From positions 1-40,988 of the forward strand of contig JADIIX010000169.1 in assembly GCA_027604505.1 (NCBI GenBank): 40,988 nt of DNA, given 5' to 3'. This DNA is from Gonapodya sp. JEL0774. Lineage: Eukaryota. Under the pieces are notes generated by a model that saw only the letters and a program-made list of their open reading frames with translations, did no database searches and had not been told where the DNA came from. Shown in pieces: positions 1 to 13,291 of this stretch. Numbering within the stretch: position 1 is the first letter of the stretch; every line of letters starts with the position of its first letter. Position numbers and translations under genes: made by a program.

Positions 1-12
1 ATCAAAGTACGC

Positions 13-216
13 TGTTAGGCGCATTAGAACCGTCTTGGAGAGTAGATGCGTTTTGGTACTTGAACAATGTCTCTAGCATTCCTGGTTGTGGAGTTATGTA
101 GTGAGCAGTTAGAATGGAGTGTGGGGCGAGAGTGCAGCACTAGTGACCACAGTAGTGCACAGCAAAAGTGCGATGAAGAAGAATAGATAAGAATTATAAC
201 CGCCCCCAACCTCTCG
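13..216 (-). mobile_element. Possible degenerate LTR with adjacent purine-rich tract
   Basis: TGTTA at 13-17 and TAAC(C) at 197-201 form an imperfect terminal inverted pair. The minus strand reads GAGAGGTTGGGGGCG immediately before it. It abuts the truncated copia RNase H frame. One terminus is non-canonical. Confidence 0.3.
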
Positions 217-217
217 A

Positions 218-655
218 AAGCTCATTACTGGAGGTGCAGTGAGTTGGTCCAGTGGGAAACAGGAGCTAGTGGCCACCTCAACCACACATGCGGAGTATGT
301 TGGTCAAGACCATGCAGCCAGGGAGCTCTTGTGGATTACCCAGTTTCTAAAGGAACTTGGACTTGGTTGCTCAGGTGCAATTGATGTTTATGGTGGAAGA
401 GATCCAGAATGCCCCACCTTGATAGGAGACAATCAGGGAGCAATAGCATTGGCAAAGAACCCTGTTCACCACAAACTTTCCAAGCACTTTGACCTCAAAT
501 ACCATTTTATCCGTGAACAGCTTGAGAAGGGGATTCTTAAATTGATTTACTGCCCCACTCATGTTAATGTTGCTGACATCATGACCAAGCCAGTACCAAA
601 GCAGTCTTTTGAGCAACATCGATCATCAATGGGAATGTTTTCTATTGCAACTTGA
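218..655 (+). mobile_element. Ty1/copia retrotransposon A, RNase H (3' end of pol), 5'-truncated
   Basis: Translation GGAVSWSSGKQELVATSTTHAEY...IGDNQGAIALAKNPVHHKLSKHFDLKYHFIRE...NVADIMTKP matches the copia RNase H motifs (SWxSxKQ, STxxAEY, DNQxAI, KHI, ADxxTK). Confidence 0.95.
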
Positions 656-690
656 TATAGTGGGAAACTTCACACTGAAGTGTTTGTTTC

Positions 691-973
691 AGGGGGAGTG
701 TTGAGATATGGGTGGTTTGACATTTCGGATGGCTCTAGCGCCACGGGGAGTTGGAATTCTGGGATAATAAATGGAGCAAAATTACTCGTCGTAAAATTCT
801 CTACAAGTTTGTCCTTTACAGTTTTGTCGTAGCGTTATTGGTTAGTGAGCTACACTAGGGAACGTGGGTAACTTGGTGCACACACTTGGGGACGGTGCTA
901 TGGTCGTCGGATAAACTAGATTAAGCCTTTTTGTGCGAGCGTTTTTCGAATACATGTATCACACCGCTTAACA
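691..973 (+). repeat. Polypurine tract (691-698) and 3' LTR (699-973) of copia element A
   Basis: AGGGGGAG follows the pol stop by 35 bp and is directly followed by TGTTGAGA. The segment ends TTAACA at 973 (TGTT...AACA termini), after which a different RT frame starts. Confidence 0.8.
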
Positions 974-1906
974 AATGCTCTCTTTGTTCGTGTTCCCAAT
1001 GATCCTGAACACCACATGTTGATGATGGTTCATCCATTGCAAAGACAGACCAACAGAACAAAGATTTTTTCATGGAGTTAGCAGAACATTGGAAAGTTTC
1101 TTGGGGTACTTTATGTGGCTTACTTGGCTCCCATATTTTCAGAGATTTGGCTACTCATATGATCACCATTAATGATGAAAAGAAAATAACTGCTCTCTTG
1201 GCAGAATTTGGCTTGCTAGGTTGTGTTCCCATGTCCACCCCTACCCCACAGGGTGCTTTGTTATCTTGCGCAGATTGTCCCACGACTGAGGCTGAATGTG
1301 TCAGTGTTGATGCTGATCTCTACCATCATGGTGTTGGTGCTGTAAATTACATTGTTATTGCTAGTCGGCCTGACTGTGCTACAGTCAACTGTGTTTTAAC
1401 TGAAGCTCTACAGAATCCAAGTTGCAAGCATTATGATGCCTTCTTACACTTATTGTGTTACTTGAAGGGTACTATTTGCTTCGGCATCACATATCTTGGC
1501 AAGAATGATCCTCGCCGGAGCAAAACCTGTACTGACCTTTATGGATATTATGATGCTTCATATGCTTCAGAAAACTTTGATTAAAATCTCAACAGGGTTA
1601 TGTGTTTATGTTTTCAGTGGGAGCCATCAGCTGGAACTCTGGGAAGCAAGAACAGCTGACTGATTCGACAACATACGCTGAATTTGTCTCTCAGCATAAC
1701 GCAGTGAAGGAGCTTTTATGGCTCAACAATGTTTTTGTGGAACTTGGACAACCTTTGAACAATAATATTGAATTGACGGGAAAGGGCAAACCTGAAGAAC
1801 TATTTGGTGACAATGAAGGTGTGATATCTTTGGCACATAATCAGAAGAATCATAATATGACCAAACACTTTGAGATTTAATATTTCTTTGTACTTGAGGA
1901 GATTAA
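974..1906 (+). mobile_element. Ty1/copia retrotransposon B, decayed RT-RNase H fragment
   Basis: PMSTP, YHHGVGAVNYIVIASRPD (YxxxVGxLxY...RPD), LYGYYDASYA, GAISWNSGKQ, STTYAEF, GDNEGVISLA, TKHFEI. Stops at 1584 and 1880. Interrupted at 1907 by a Harbinger TIR. Confidence 0.92.
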
Positions 1907-2038
1907 GGCCTTGTTCGGCAATGGTTTTTCACGGGGTAAAAACCGGTTTTTTAGGGGATAATTGATTATCATGAATTTTTGGTTTTTGGTGGTGTTTGGC
2001 AACAAAGATGGCCATCCACAATAATTGGTTTTTACTAA

Positions 2039-2746
2039 GGGCCTGTTTGGCAGCTCCAAAACCACCAGTTTTGGCCAAAACGCTCCAAAACCGTAGTTGT
2101 AGAGTGTTTTTGCTAAATTGTGCTTTGTACAACCAAACGGTGGGGCTCAAAAACTCAAAACTGTTTCGGAGCCATCAACCACCCCCATCCTCCGTGATAC
2201 AAATAAAATTCTATCTTCTATCGCATTCCAAGGTCAACCTCCCGTTCATCATGGACTTTGAATATGATTCGGATGCAGATTCCGACGGGGAGATGGACTT
2301 TCAACTGGCGTGGGTCGCAATCACATTCGGTCCTGTGACTGTAATTGCTAGCCAGACTATAAGGGGCTCCATTGCATCAAGGACGCGCACAGAGAACTAG
2401 AATTGCCATCTGTGTCGGTTGCTGCCTTTTTGTGCGGCGTAGTTGGTGTATCAATGTGTGCCAGTGATGTGGATGGGAGTTTTGGGGCTTGAAATACACC
2501 TGCAGAGGTGTATTTCTACTTCTTATTGGTTTCTCTCAAAACTGTTTTTGTATTTGTTGTACCAAACACTACTCAAAAACCCAATTCTCCAAAACCCTGG
2601 TTTTGGAGTGTTTTGGAGTGAGTTTTGGAGTTGGAGTTCATGCCAAACACCAGCCTCCAAAACCACGGAAGCAAAAACACAGTTTTGGGGAGTTTTGGAG
2701 AAAACCCCTCCAAAAACTCTGGTTTTAGAGGCAGCCAAACAGGCCC
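2039..2746. mobile_element. Non-autonomous PIF/Harbinger (Tourist-like) element, 708 bp
   Basis: Perfect 13-bp TIRs GGGCCTGTTTGGC (2039-2051) and GCCAAACAGGCCC (2734-2746). TAA TSD at 2036-2038 and 2747-2749. Many subterminal CCAAAAC/GTTTTGG repeats. Confidence 0.93.
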
Positions 2747-2808
2747 TAAGCAGACAAAAAATCGACTTGGAGACAATTTTTCAATCGGTTTTTCTACACC
2801 ATCATTGA

Positions 2809-4079
2809 ATGCCCCCAAAGAAGAGCACTGAAAGCGCATCAAAGCCCATCAAGAAATGCAAGGCCCGTGCAACAGATGATACAGGTTCAACAATGGAGGA
2901 AGACGTTGGGGAATTGAGTGAGGAGCGAGCTACATGGAGGACTGGAGACAGGGAGAGGACTCTACTGAAGGTACTCCTTGCCCACGAGGGGGAACAAGCA
3001 GTGGGCAGGTGGAAAGATCCAGCATGGAAGATCACTATTGTGGAGTTCAATTTGTGGACAGGATGCTTGATGAACAAGGGCCAACTGAAGCAAAAGCATG
3101 ACCAGCTGAAACGCATCCACACTACTTTTATGAAGGCTCTAGAGCAAAGCGGTGCAAGATTCAGCCCAGGACCACCACCAAGAGTGACAATGACACTAGA
3201 AGCATGGCAAGAGTTTGCTGAGGTGAGTTTGCAGTTCACGGTTGTGGTGATTCTACTCACCGGCACTGTTGCCCCCGCCGCAGCACAACAAGGATGCCCT
3301 AGTATTCCGTGAGAATGGGTGGCCTCTATTCAACGAAGCGGATAGACTCTTTGGGTAATTAGCGGCGACCAGGGCACATGCTCAGAATGCGACTGATCTG
3401 AAGGAGAACGAGGATTTGGTTGAGTACCGCCAAAATTACCCTCAGGAAACAGACCAGGATACTGATGACAAAGACAAAGATGATCTGGATGATGATGAAG
3501 GTGAGTTTCTGCACCTTGCTGTCTGGTTTGGTGTCTTTCAATATGCACGCAAATCCATTAGGTGGTAGTGACGCTGTTGAAGCACCTTCTGCAGTGGCAG
3601 CAACGCGCGCAATCACCCCAGTAGGCTGTGACTCTGAGGATAGTAGTCACTCTTCCACCCGACACCAATCCAGCTTGGCAATCACTTGTATCGCCACCAC
3701 CGGAAGCTCCTGCACCCTGGCTCCAACCACAAGGACACACCCAAGAACGTCTTCGACCCCAGATCCATCTGCACCAGTGAGAATTGCTGCATTTGATAAG
3801 TTGGCAGATGCATTGGTGCAGGGGTTAATGGGACGGGTGGAAATGGCATTGGATCCTGTTGACAGGGCCCTGTGCATTGTGGTGGAGGATGGGTTCACAG
3901 ATGCAGAGCGTGCAGACCTTGCAATTTGGCTTGTGGGCAATAGGACGTTGGCAGGTATTTTTATTGGAATGGGGAGTGCGAGAGGTCGGCGAGTTTGGAT
4001 GGCCAGGCACATCCAGGACGATCGTGATGGGTTAATGAGACGCGGTGGTTACATGTTTCAAGGACATTTTGAAGTTTAA
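2809..4079 (+). pseudogene. Harbinger ORF1, Myb/SANT-like DNA-binding protein, spliced, probably disabled
   Basis: RATW...LLKVLL...WKDPAW...EFN...QLKQKHDQLKRIH...SG...AWQEFAE|HNKDALVFRENGWPLFNEADRLFG follows the Myb_DNA-bind_3-like pattern. Introns start GTGAGT at 3223 and 3501. In-frame TAA at ~3356. C-terminal helical motif AGIFIGM...RRVWM. Confidence 0.8.
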
Positions 4080-4125
4080 GCACATTTCATTAAGTAACTT
4101 GAAATACAGTGCAGGTTACAAAGAG

Positions 4126-4770
4126 TTACGAGTCAATAATGACCACGTTCCTAAGCCCACGCTGTGCCCAAATCACAACGTAATTGTCCCACATCTTCTT
4201 CGCCGTGGCATCCCTCCATACCTGCGCCAGAGATCTCCCACCAGCTGCTCCCAGAATCTCCGCATTCACTTCTGGTTGGTGGGGCAGGGGATTCAGTCGG
4301 TTGAATTCACGAGCTATGTTGTCGTCTGCAGCATTGCTGTGATGGTGGATGAAGTTACGGATGACAAAGCATGCAACAACAGCTCGAATTTGATCTTGAA
4401 ATAAGTGAAACCTGGTTTCTTTGTCCAGAGCCTGTGTGTGGTTCTTGGAACTGCCGATCACCTGTTCAATTACATTGCGGCCTGAGGAGTGCTGGAGGTT
4501 GTATAGCTTGCGATAGTTTTCAGGCCTGTTGTAGAATCATGAGAATTGCATCGGCACCAATAGTAAAGCATCCAAGCATAACGTACTGTTTACCCTGATC
4601 GTGCCATTCCTTGAGGTGGTACCGAACACCATTCTTGTAGGGCCCCCAGAACTCCTTTGTATTTGCGTATCCTGCATCCACAAGATGGAATCGTCCAGGG
4701 GGAACTATCAGTCCCCCACACTCAAGTGCATCGTCTAGCACTGTTTGTTGTGGGCCAGCAGTGTAATATA
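4126..4770 (-). pseudogene. PIF/Harbinger DDE transposase (HARBI1/DDE_Tnp_4-like), C-terminal half only
   Basis: PPGRFHLVDAGYAN...GPYKNGVRYHLKEW, then after an intron KLYNLQHSSGRNVIEQVIG, AVVACFVIRNFI and WRDATAKKMWDNY, all typical of PIF transposases. The N-terminal half with the first catalytic Asp is missing. Confidence 0.9.
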
Positions 4771-5299
4771 CAGAGTTGCACAGACAAGGACGTCCACTAT
4801 CATTAACAAAAACAAGTTCTGACAAGCAAGACAAGTCAGATATTGGATTCAAAACCTTTTGAAGAACACTGTTGATTTGTTGTCTAGCTCTTACCAAAGG
4901 AAACTTTCTGAAGTACAGGTCTGAAATGGGAATGGTTGACGTTCAAAGTGGATCATGAAGTACATGATCAGGGGAGGTGTTGGATACGTGTGAGATTGTG
5001 TGGTGTTGTTTGTACTACATGTGTATACTAGATTAGGCGTAGCACATAGATGAGTGCACCAGTGTGTAATATACTAAGTTTCACACACAAAAAGGCACCT
5101 GTATTCTGATATATGGGACGTCTGATGGCCATGGTGGATCCTGATGTTCACGCTCAGCAGAGTGTTGGTGTACTTACACTGTGCATTTTATCTGTATTTT
5201 AGTGGGTAAACAATATTAGCCTGCCATAATAGGTGAGTGGCACAGACTGCAATATACAGTGTTGCACATAAGACAGAGAGCCTTGGCTCCAACACCACT

Positions 5300-5900
5300 G
5301 CCTGAAGCGAGTTGACCACACTTATGAGTGCAATCCCAGAATCTCCAAGTCTCCTTTCAACCTCGGAGCCAGGGTCACGTCCTCCATGCAAGGTGCCACA
5401 GATGTGCCGACCCATCCCTCATAGTCGCCCTGTTTGGTTGGGATGCTTGCTAAAGGCTCCCATCCTGTTGTGGCTCCATCAGTCTTGCAGGTTGGTTGTG
5501 TGTTGGGGTAGGCTCCTCAGACCCTCTTTCCGTGCTTCCTTGTAGTGCCTTGAAGAATCAGGTGATTGGGTTCATGCCAGGTGACTCAGTAACCTGCTCC
5601 ACCCTTTACTTGCATGACCAAGGTCCCTGTGGGCGGCTTCCCCAGGTTTGCCTTGTCATGTACTTCTCCCTTAAGAAAATTGTACTTCTGCTCCCACTCA
5701 ACCAATTTCACCAAAAGACCTGGGTCATTGTGAGTGCCACATTACTGGGATGGTCTTTTCTTCCCCCTCATTCAGGATCTGCAAGGAGACCACATTTCCA
5801 GTGGAAATGTCAGCCATGCCTTGGTCAATTGGCACTTGAATGTGCTTGCCCCTCAGTTTGTCATATTTGAGGTTTGCACAAGTTGCCTTCTGTGCTGCAG
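5300..5900 (-). pseudogene. Decayed coding relic of unknown origin
   Basis: A protein-like minus frame (CANLKYDKLRGKHIQVPIDQG...LLVKLVEWEQKYNFLKGEVHDK) is broken by several stops in CpG-poor sequence. No family recognised. Confidence 0.3.
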
Positions 5901-6020
5901 CCAACAGCAGTTTGTTTTCCCCAACTACAAAGAATCACAGGAGGGAGCCTTATATAGGAGTTAGAACAAAAAGATGCCTACTAATGTTTATGCAATTAAC
6001 ATTGAACAGTTCCTCTACAG

Positions 6021-7887
6021 TTACCACATGAATCTTTGTTTGGTGTTAGGCTCACTTGGCCATGTAAAGCTATGCAAGAGGAAGAGGCTGTTGGTACTTA
6101 AACTAACCGTCAGAAATGAAGCCATTTGGAACAATTGTTGGTACAATGTTGCTGAATGGTTATGCAGATGGAAGATGTGAAAGGGAATCAGAAAATATCT
6201 GAATTCAAGCAAAGGCGATGGTACTAGAGTCAATGCTGTTGCAATGATGAATCCCATAGCTTCCAGAGATGATGTGTTGTAAGCTGGTGAATCAATATGA
6301 TCAATGTCAGACAAAATGAGAATTGTGTCAGTCCACCCACCATAAGAACAAGAAGTTACAAAGCTTGACAGAGCATACAGAGGAATCAGTGCAAGTTTGT
6401 GCAACAGACTCTTCTTGAACCATCTCCTCCAAATGTAGAATGTGAAGTGACGATTGTCACTCAAAATGAATGGGTGCTCAATGCTGAATGCACATTATGA
6501 AGGATGTCTCAGAAAAGCCGTAAGTCAATATAAAGTTTGCAATACAAACCTGAACAGGATAATAGAAAACACTGCGATTACACTAAAAGGGACACTGAAG
6601 GAAATAAACTTTGCACTGTGATGAATCATATAGGACAATGAATTTTCTAACAAGCAAGCATGGTGGCCCTCAAGTAACTCTTACCGAAGTCTTGGAGATG
6701 CCACAAACTTTTGCCATGGCAGGGTAAAGATGGAGAAACCACAGACAAACAATGCACAATAAAAGAGTTGAGGCAAGTGCAAGCTTAACTTGTGATGTTC
6801 CTCATCTCCTGAAGTTGGAGAGAGCAACATCACATCAAGTTAAAACAACAGAGGGCAAGGCTGGTATCTACCCATGGCCACACCTCCAACCCAAGTATAG
6901 TATAGCATCACAGAAATCACAACAGCAACATGAGCCCCTACTCTCTCAACTAGGTGCACAGGGTGGGTTACCGCAAACAAAATGAGTCCTGTGATATGTA
7001 ACTTTCCATCTTGTGGTTTGGAGTTAGTTGAGCCCACACTCCTCAAATTAAATAGCTTACCTTGATGACTTTCAGGGGAATTGTGCAGTTGAAAACCCTC
7101 AACAACACTAGATGCAGCAATAAATACTATCCATACAACATTTGTTTGGCGAAAGAGGACTGCAATGGCAGAGGCCTGGGTATCCAATCAGCTCTTCCAC
7201 ATTTCAAAAAAACAATATAGCTTTCAGAGCTATTGCCTCACAGCGGCGCTTGTAACATATTTTCCTTTCACAGATAGGGAATACGAAATCAGCACGAAAA
7301 GGAGAGAGCCAACGTCTGTGTAGAACAACCCGGAGAAGAAAAATGTGACTGGAAATGTGCAGATGATAACTGCACGTAGAGACGGCGACACGGGGACCCG
7401 ACAGTGATTTCGATCCTCATATACACTTTGAAAATCATCAATGAGCACTTCTGTCACCAGGAGAAGTGCAAACATAAGGAATCCATTGAAAGCACGAAGG
7501 CCAGCTGTATGACATATGAAGTTATCAGGTGGAAAGCCGAATTGCCTCAACAAGGAAGACATTGCGGCTGGGAATAGGTAACTGCAGGCAAGTTCGCGAG
7601 GGCTTCCGCGATATCGAAGAAGACAGCTTCATACTCACAGACCCGGCGGAGTTGTCAACTTCGGATTCCAATAACTCCAATTCCCTCTGCAGTAGTGTTG
7701 TGCTTGATTGACGTGAAATATCTCGTCCTTGGATTATTTGTTCAGAGATCTTTGCATGATAATCCAAACACTCGATCCACAATTGTCAACGGAATCCCAC
7801 CATGTAAGGGTCTGGAACATAATAATTCACAGCTGCCCAATGACAGAAAATTGCGGTGGCAAAGATCCACCGGGGAATCGTTCCCAT
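6021..7887 (-). CDS. ALG10: Dol-P-Glc alpha-1,2-glucosyltransferase (ALG10/DIE2), multi-exon
   Basis: Spliced motifs [19 protein letters not shown]...[33 protein letters not shown]...[37 protein letters not shown] and terminal QRFMW*. Confidence 0.95.
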
Positions 7888-8141
7888 CTCGTTGTTTCAG
7901 GAAAGAGGTGTCCAGGAATCTTTCTATCGGACTGCCGATGTGACCCCAGTTAACCACCTCGCTTCAAACCTCCACTTATGGGCGAGGGTTGGAGAAGGGG
8001 CAGACTCGGCGAGAGTGACAGGCGGATTCAAATCCTTGTGGTGGGTGACCGGTTCATGGGCAGACACAGAAACACACGGTTGTCCACTTTTCCATGGTCC
8101 AGAGACGAAAATTTTAAGATATCTAAGCTCCATTACAAATT

Positions 8142-9965
<1,824 letters not shown>

Positions 9966-11539
9966 GGTTGTGGGACGTGCCGCGCTCGCCGAGACGGGAT
10001 TTGGTTGGCGAACACGAGGAGGATGCAGCAACGCGGTCGAGGTGCTCTTGCACGATTCACAGACCGAATGATTCCGCCACCGAAGACCACGACTTGAATG
10101 CTTTGTCGAGTTTGGGTGAGTCCTTGTTCCTGAAAATATCTGCTCTCCCAATATAATAAGTGTACACCCTTTCAATTTTCAGGAAGCCCACTTCCTGATT
10201 GTGCCAGGAATGAGAAGCGGTTACTTTCTCTGCAGTGTTTGATGTATGTGTTGAAGGCCGGGTATAGACTGTGAGGGCAAAGCGGACTAATGGAGCAGAG
10301 ACTTCAAATTAAAAGTATTCATTGCTCACGCTATTTGTTTATTTGTGATTCGAACACCGGTCGTGCTATCGCCGCGAGCAGTGTAGTGCAAGGGTCCCGA
10401 TCAGGGTCTCGACTGGGATCCACATCCAATTCTTGATTCTTGAGCCGCACTATGGGTGGGTGCGTCTTACTGAAGTGTCGATCGTGTGCCTAACAACTTT
10501 CATTCTTGCCGCTCTTTGGTGGATTTCTATCTTTCAGAGCAGCAGAAGAAGCGGGAGAGGTTGACATTTAAAAGGGAATTCTACATGAGCAAAGATCGTG
10601 AGCGTTGGGAGAGAATAGCACTAGAAAGCAAAAAGGAGCAAGATCGATTGTCTTTCAAATGTGAGAAGCATAAGTCTACAGCAGGCCGGTGAGCAAAGCT
10701 GAGGTTGCTATTTGTGGACATGAGTGAGACGAACCTTCCAAGCAGCGTACAGTATGATCCCGTCACCCTCAACATCTCTTCCACACCTACCGGAGCACAG
10801 TTGGAACGGGAAGATGCGAAGGCACTGGTAACCATCCCGACCGCTCCTTATGATCTATCTTGCCTCACGAAACGCCTCTCAGGAACGAATCTCTCGAAGA
10901 GCTGCAACGCTCTACCTCAAAAACAATACGTACGACCCTGTGCGTGGAATAGACATCCAACGTGAGAAAGTCAACTTTAATCATCATCAAATCGAGACAC
11001 GCTGTGAGGAAGTCGCCTGGAATAACAGATAGGCTTGAGAAATAATAGAACAGTCAACATTGCAGAAATCAATGCTCCGAGTCGATGGCATGATTGAAGT
11101 AGCAAAAATTCATAGTATGCTCAAATCCAATGCCCTCCAGTTTGGGGTACATTCCAGATCCAGCAACATATCTGCTACTACAGTTGGTTTTATCGTTCAT
11201 TCATTGGATTTTGAATCTCCCCATCAACCACGGGCGCTCGAATTAGTCGAATAAGAGCGATTGTAATCCGACTAATAGTCATCATCTACGCGCACGTACA
11301 ATTGCGTTGTTCGTTGGAACTCTCTGAGTTTTGAGTACATGTTCCCTTGGGAGTCTTCTCTCCTATAATAACAGGCTTTTTTCTCCATTTTTTTTGCTCT
11401 TCCCCTTCTTTCCAATGCATGGAGCTCGTGCGATGCATTTTCCGCAATTTGGAAGTGTGCAAGAACTTTGGTCCAACATAAAGAGGTCGGTACACAAATT
11501 CCTCCCCCAGTGTCTTTGGGACAACACGATCGGAGCAAT

Positions 11540-13291
11540 ATGGCATCCTTCATTTCTACATCGGTCGCTGCAACCGCTGTCCGAGTTCCAGCCATTCTGG
11601 GCCGAAAAGTGGCAGCAGGCTCCATAACCGCTGTCGCCACCACTTCCAGGAAGATGGCAACTGCTGCCGAACCTCCCAAGAAGACGCATGGAAACCTATC
11701 TGATCAGGACCGCATCTTCACCAACTTGTATGGGAATTTTGACTGGACCTTAAAGGGCGCAATCCGCAGAGGCGACTGGTACAGGACCAAGGACATTCTC
11801 GGCAAGGGCAAAGACTGGATCATCAACGAGATGAAGGCTTCAGGACTGAGAGGACGAGGTGGTGCAGGCTTCCCCACTGGTCTCAAGTGGAGCTTCATGA
11901 ACAAGCCTCTTGACGGTCGGCCGAGGTATCTGGTGGTGAATGCAGACGAGGGCGAACCACAAACCTGCAAGGTGAGCCATCAAGCTCCGTTTACACGTCA
12001 GTAGACCGGTGCCATTCTTGTTTTGTCGCACTCCAGGATCGGGAGATTCTTCGCCACGACCCCCATAAACTCGTTGAGGGCTGTTTGATTGCCGGATTCG
12101 CCATGCAAGCCAACACTGCTTGGATATACGTTCGCGGAGAATTCTACAACGAGATTGCCAACCTTCAATACGCTATCAATGAGGCATACAAGGCGGGGTT
12201 CATTGGCAAGAACGCATGTGGTTCCGGTCATGACTTCGATGTGTTCATTCACCCGGGTGGTGGTGCCTACATCTGCGGAGAGGAAACAGCCCTCATCGAG
12301 TCACTGGAGGGAAAGCAAGGAAAGCCTCGGTTGAAACCACCCTTCCCAGCTGACGTCGGGGTGTTCGGATGCCCCACCACGGTGAACAACGTGGAGACGA
12401 TAGCGGTCGCGCCAGAAATTCTGCGGAGAGGTGCAGCATGGTACTCCAGCCTTGGTCGCGACAGGAACCGAGGCACCAAGCTTTTCGCAATCTCCGGCAA
12501 TGTCAACACTCCCTGCGTGGTAGAGGAGGAAATGTCGATTCCCCTCCGCGAACTCATCGAGAAGCACGCGGGAGGTGTGAAAGGTGGCTGGGATAACCTT
12601 CTGGCGGTTATTCCTGGTGGATCATCAGTACCTGTGATCCCGAAGAACGTCGTTGAGAACGTGAGTAGTCCTTCTGAGGGTAGCAAGTACCCCACCTGAT
12701 GGACAATTGGCCTTGAAATAGTGCCTCATGGACTACGATTCACTTGCCGACAACAAAACTTCTCTGGGGACCGGAGCAGTTCTGGTCATGGATAAGTCCG
12801 TGGACTTGGTGAAGGTCATCTCCCGTTACGCTCTGTTCTACAAGCACGAAAGCTGCGGCCAGTGCACCCCTTGCCGAGAGGGTGAGGAGATTTGAGCTTA
12901 TTGTCTGCGTTGTTGGAAGTGCTCACCCTTCCCGGACCACAGGAACAAGCTGGCAGGCGTCAATGATGGAGCGATTCGAAACGGGAAATGGTACGCCCGA
13001 GGAAATTGACCAACTCCTGGAAATCGGCAAGCAGATCGAGGGGCATACCATTTGCGCTTTGGGAGACGCCGCCGCGTGGCCCATCCAAGGTCTGATGGTA
13101 AGCAAGTTCTCTTAGACACGACTCTCCCGCTTAAGCCCCGCTCAAGCCTCGTGTGAACTGAACGCTTCAATTCATTCCTTTCTTTACGTTTTCAGCGTCA
13201 CTTCCGTCCTGAGGTGGAGAGGCGAATGGCTGAGTACAAAGCTCGAAGTGGACTTCCTAATAAGACCACCGAGCTCCATTCGACCTTTTAA
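11540..13291 (+). CDS. NDUFV1: NADH:ubiquinone oxidoreductase 51-kDa flavoprotein subunit, 5 exons
   Basis: Mitochondrial-type presequence, [82 protein letters not shown]. Ends ...HSTF* at 13291. Confidence 0.98.

Larger units (their letters stand above)
1907..4770. mobile_element. PIF/Harbinger DNA transposon, left end intact, right end lost
   Basis: TAA (1904-1906) followed by TIR-like GGCCTTGTTCGGCA, subterminal AAAAACCGGTTTTT-type motifs, then a Myb/SANT ORF (+) and a convergent DDE transposase (-). No matching right TIR seen. Confidence 0.88.

Noticed and set aside
4770..6020. Right TIR of the outer Harbinger, or capture of ALG10 by the element
   Set aside because: No CCGAACAAGGCC-like terminus was found by eye here or beyond ALG10. 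The transposase simply appears truncated.
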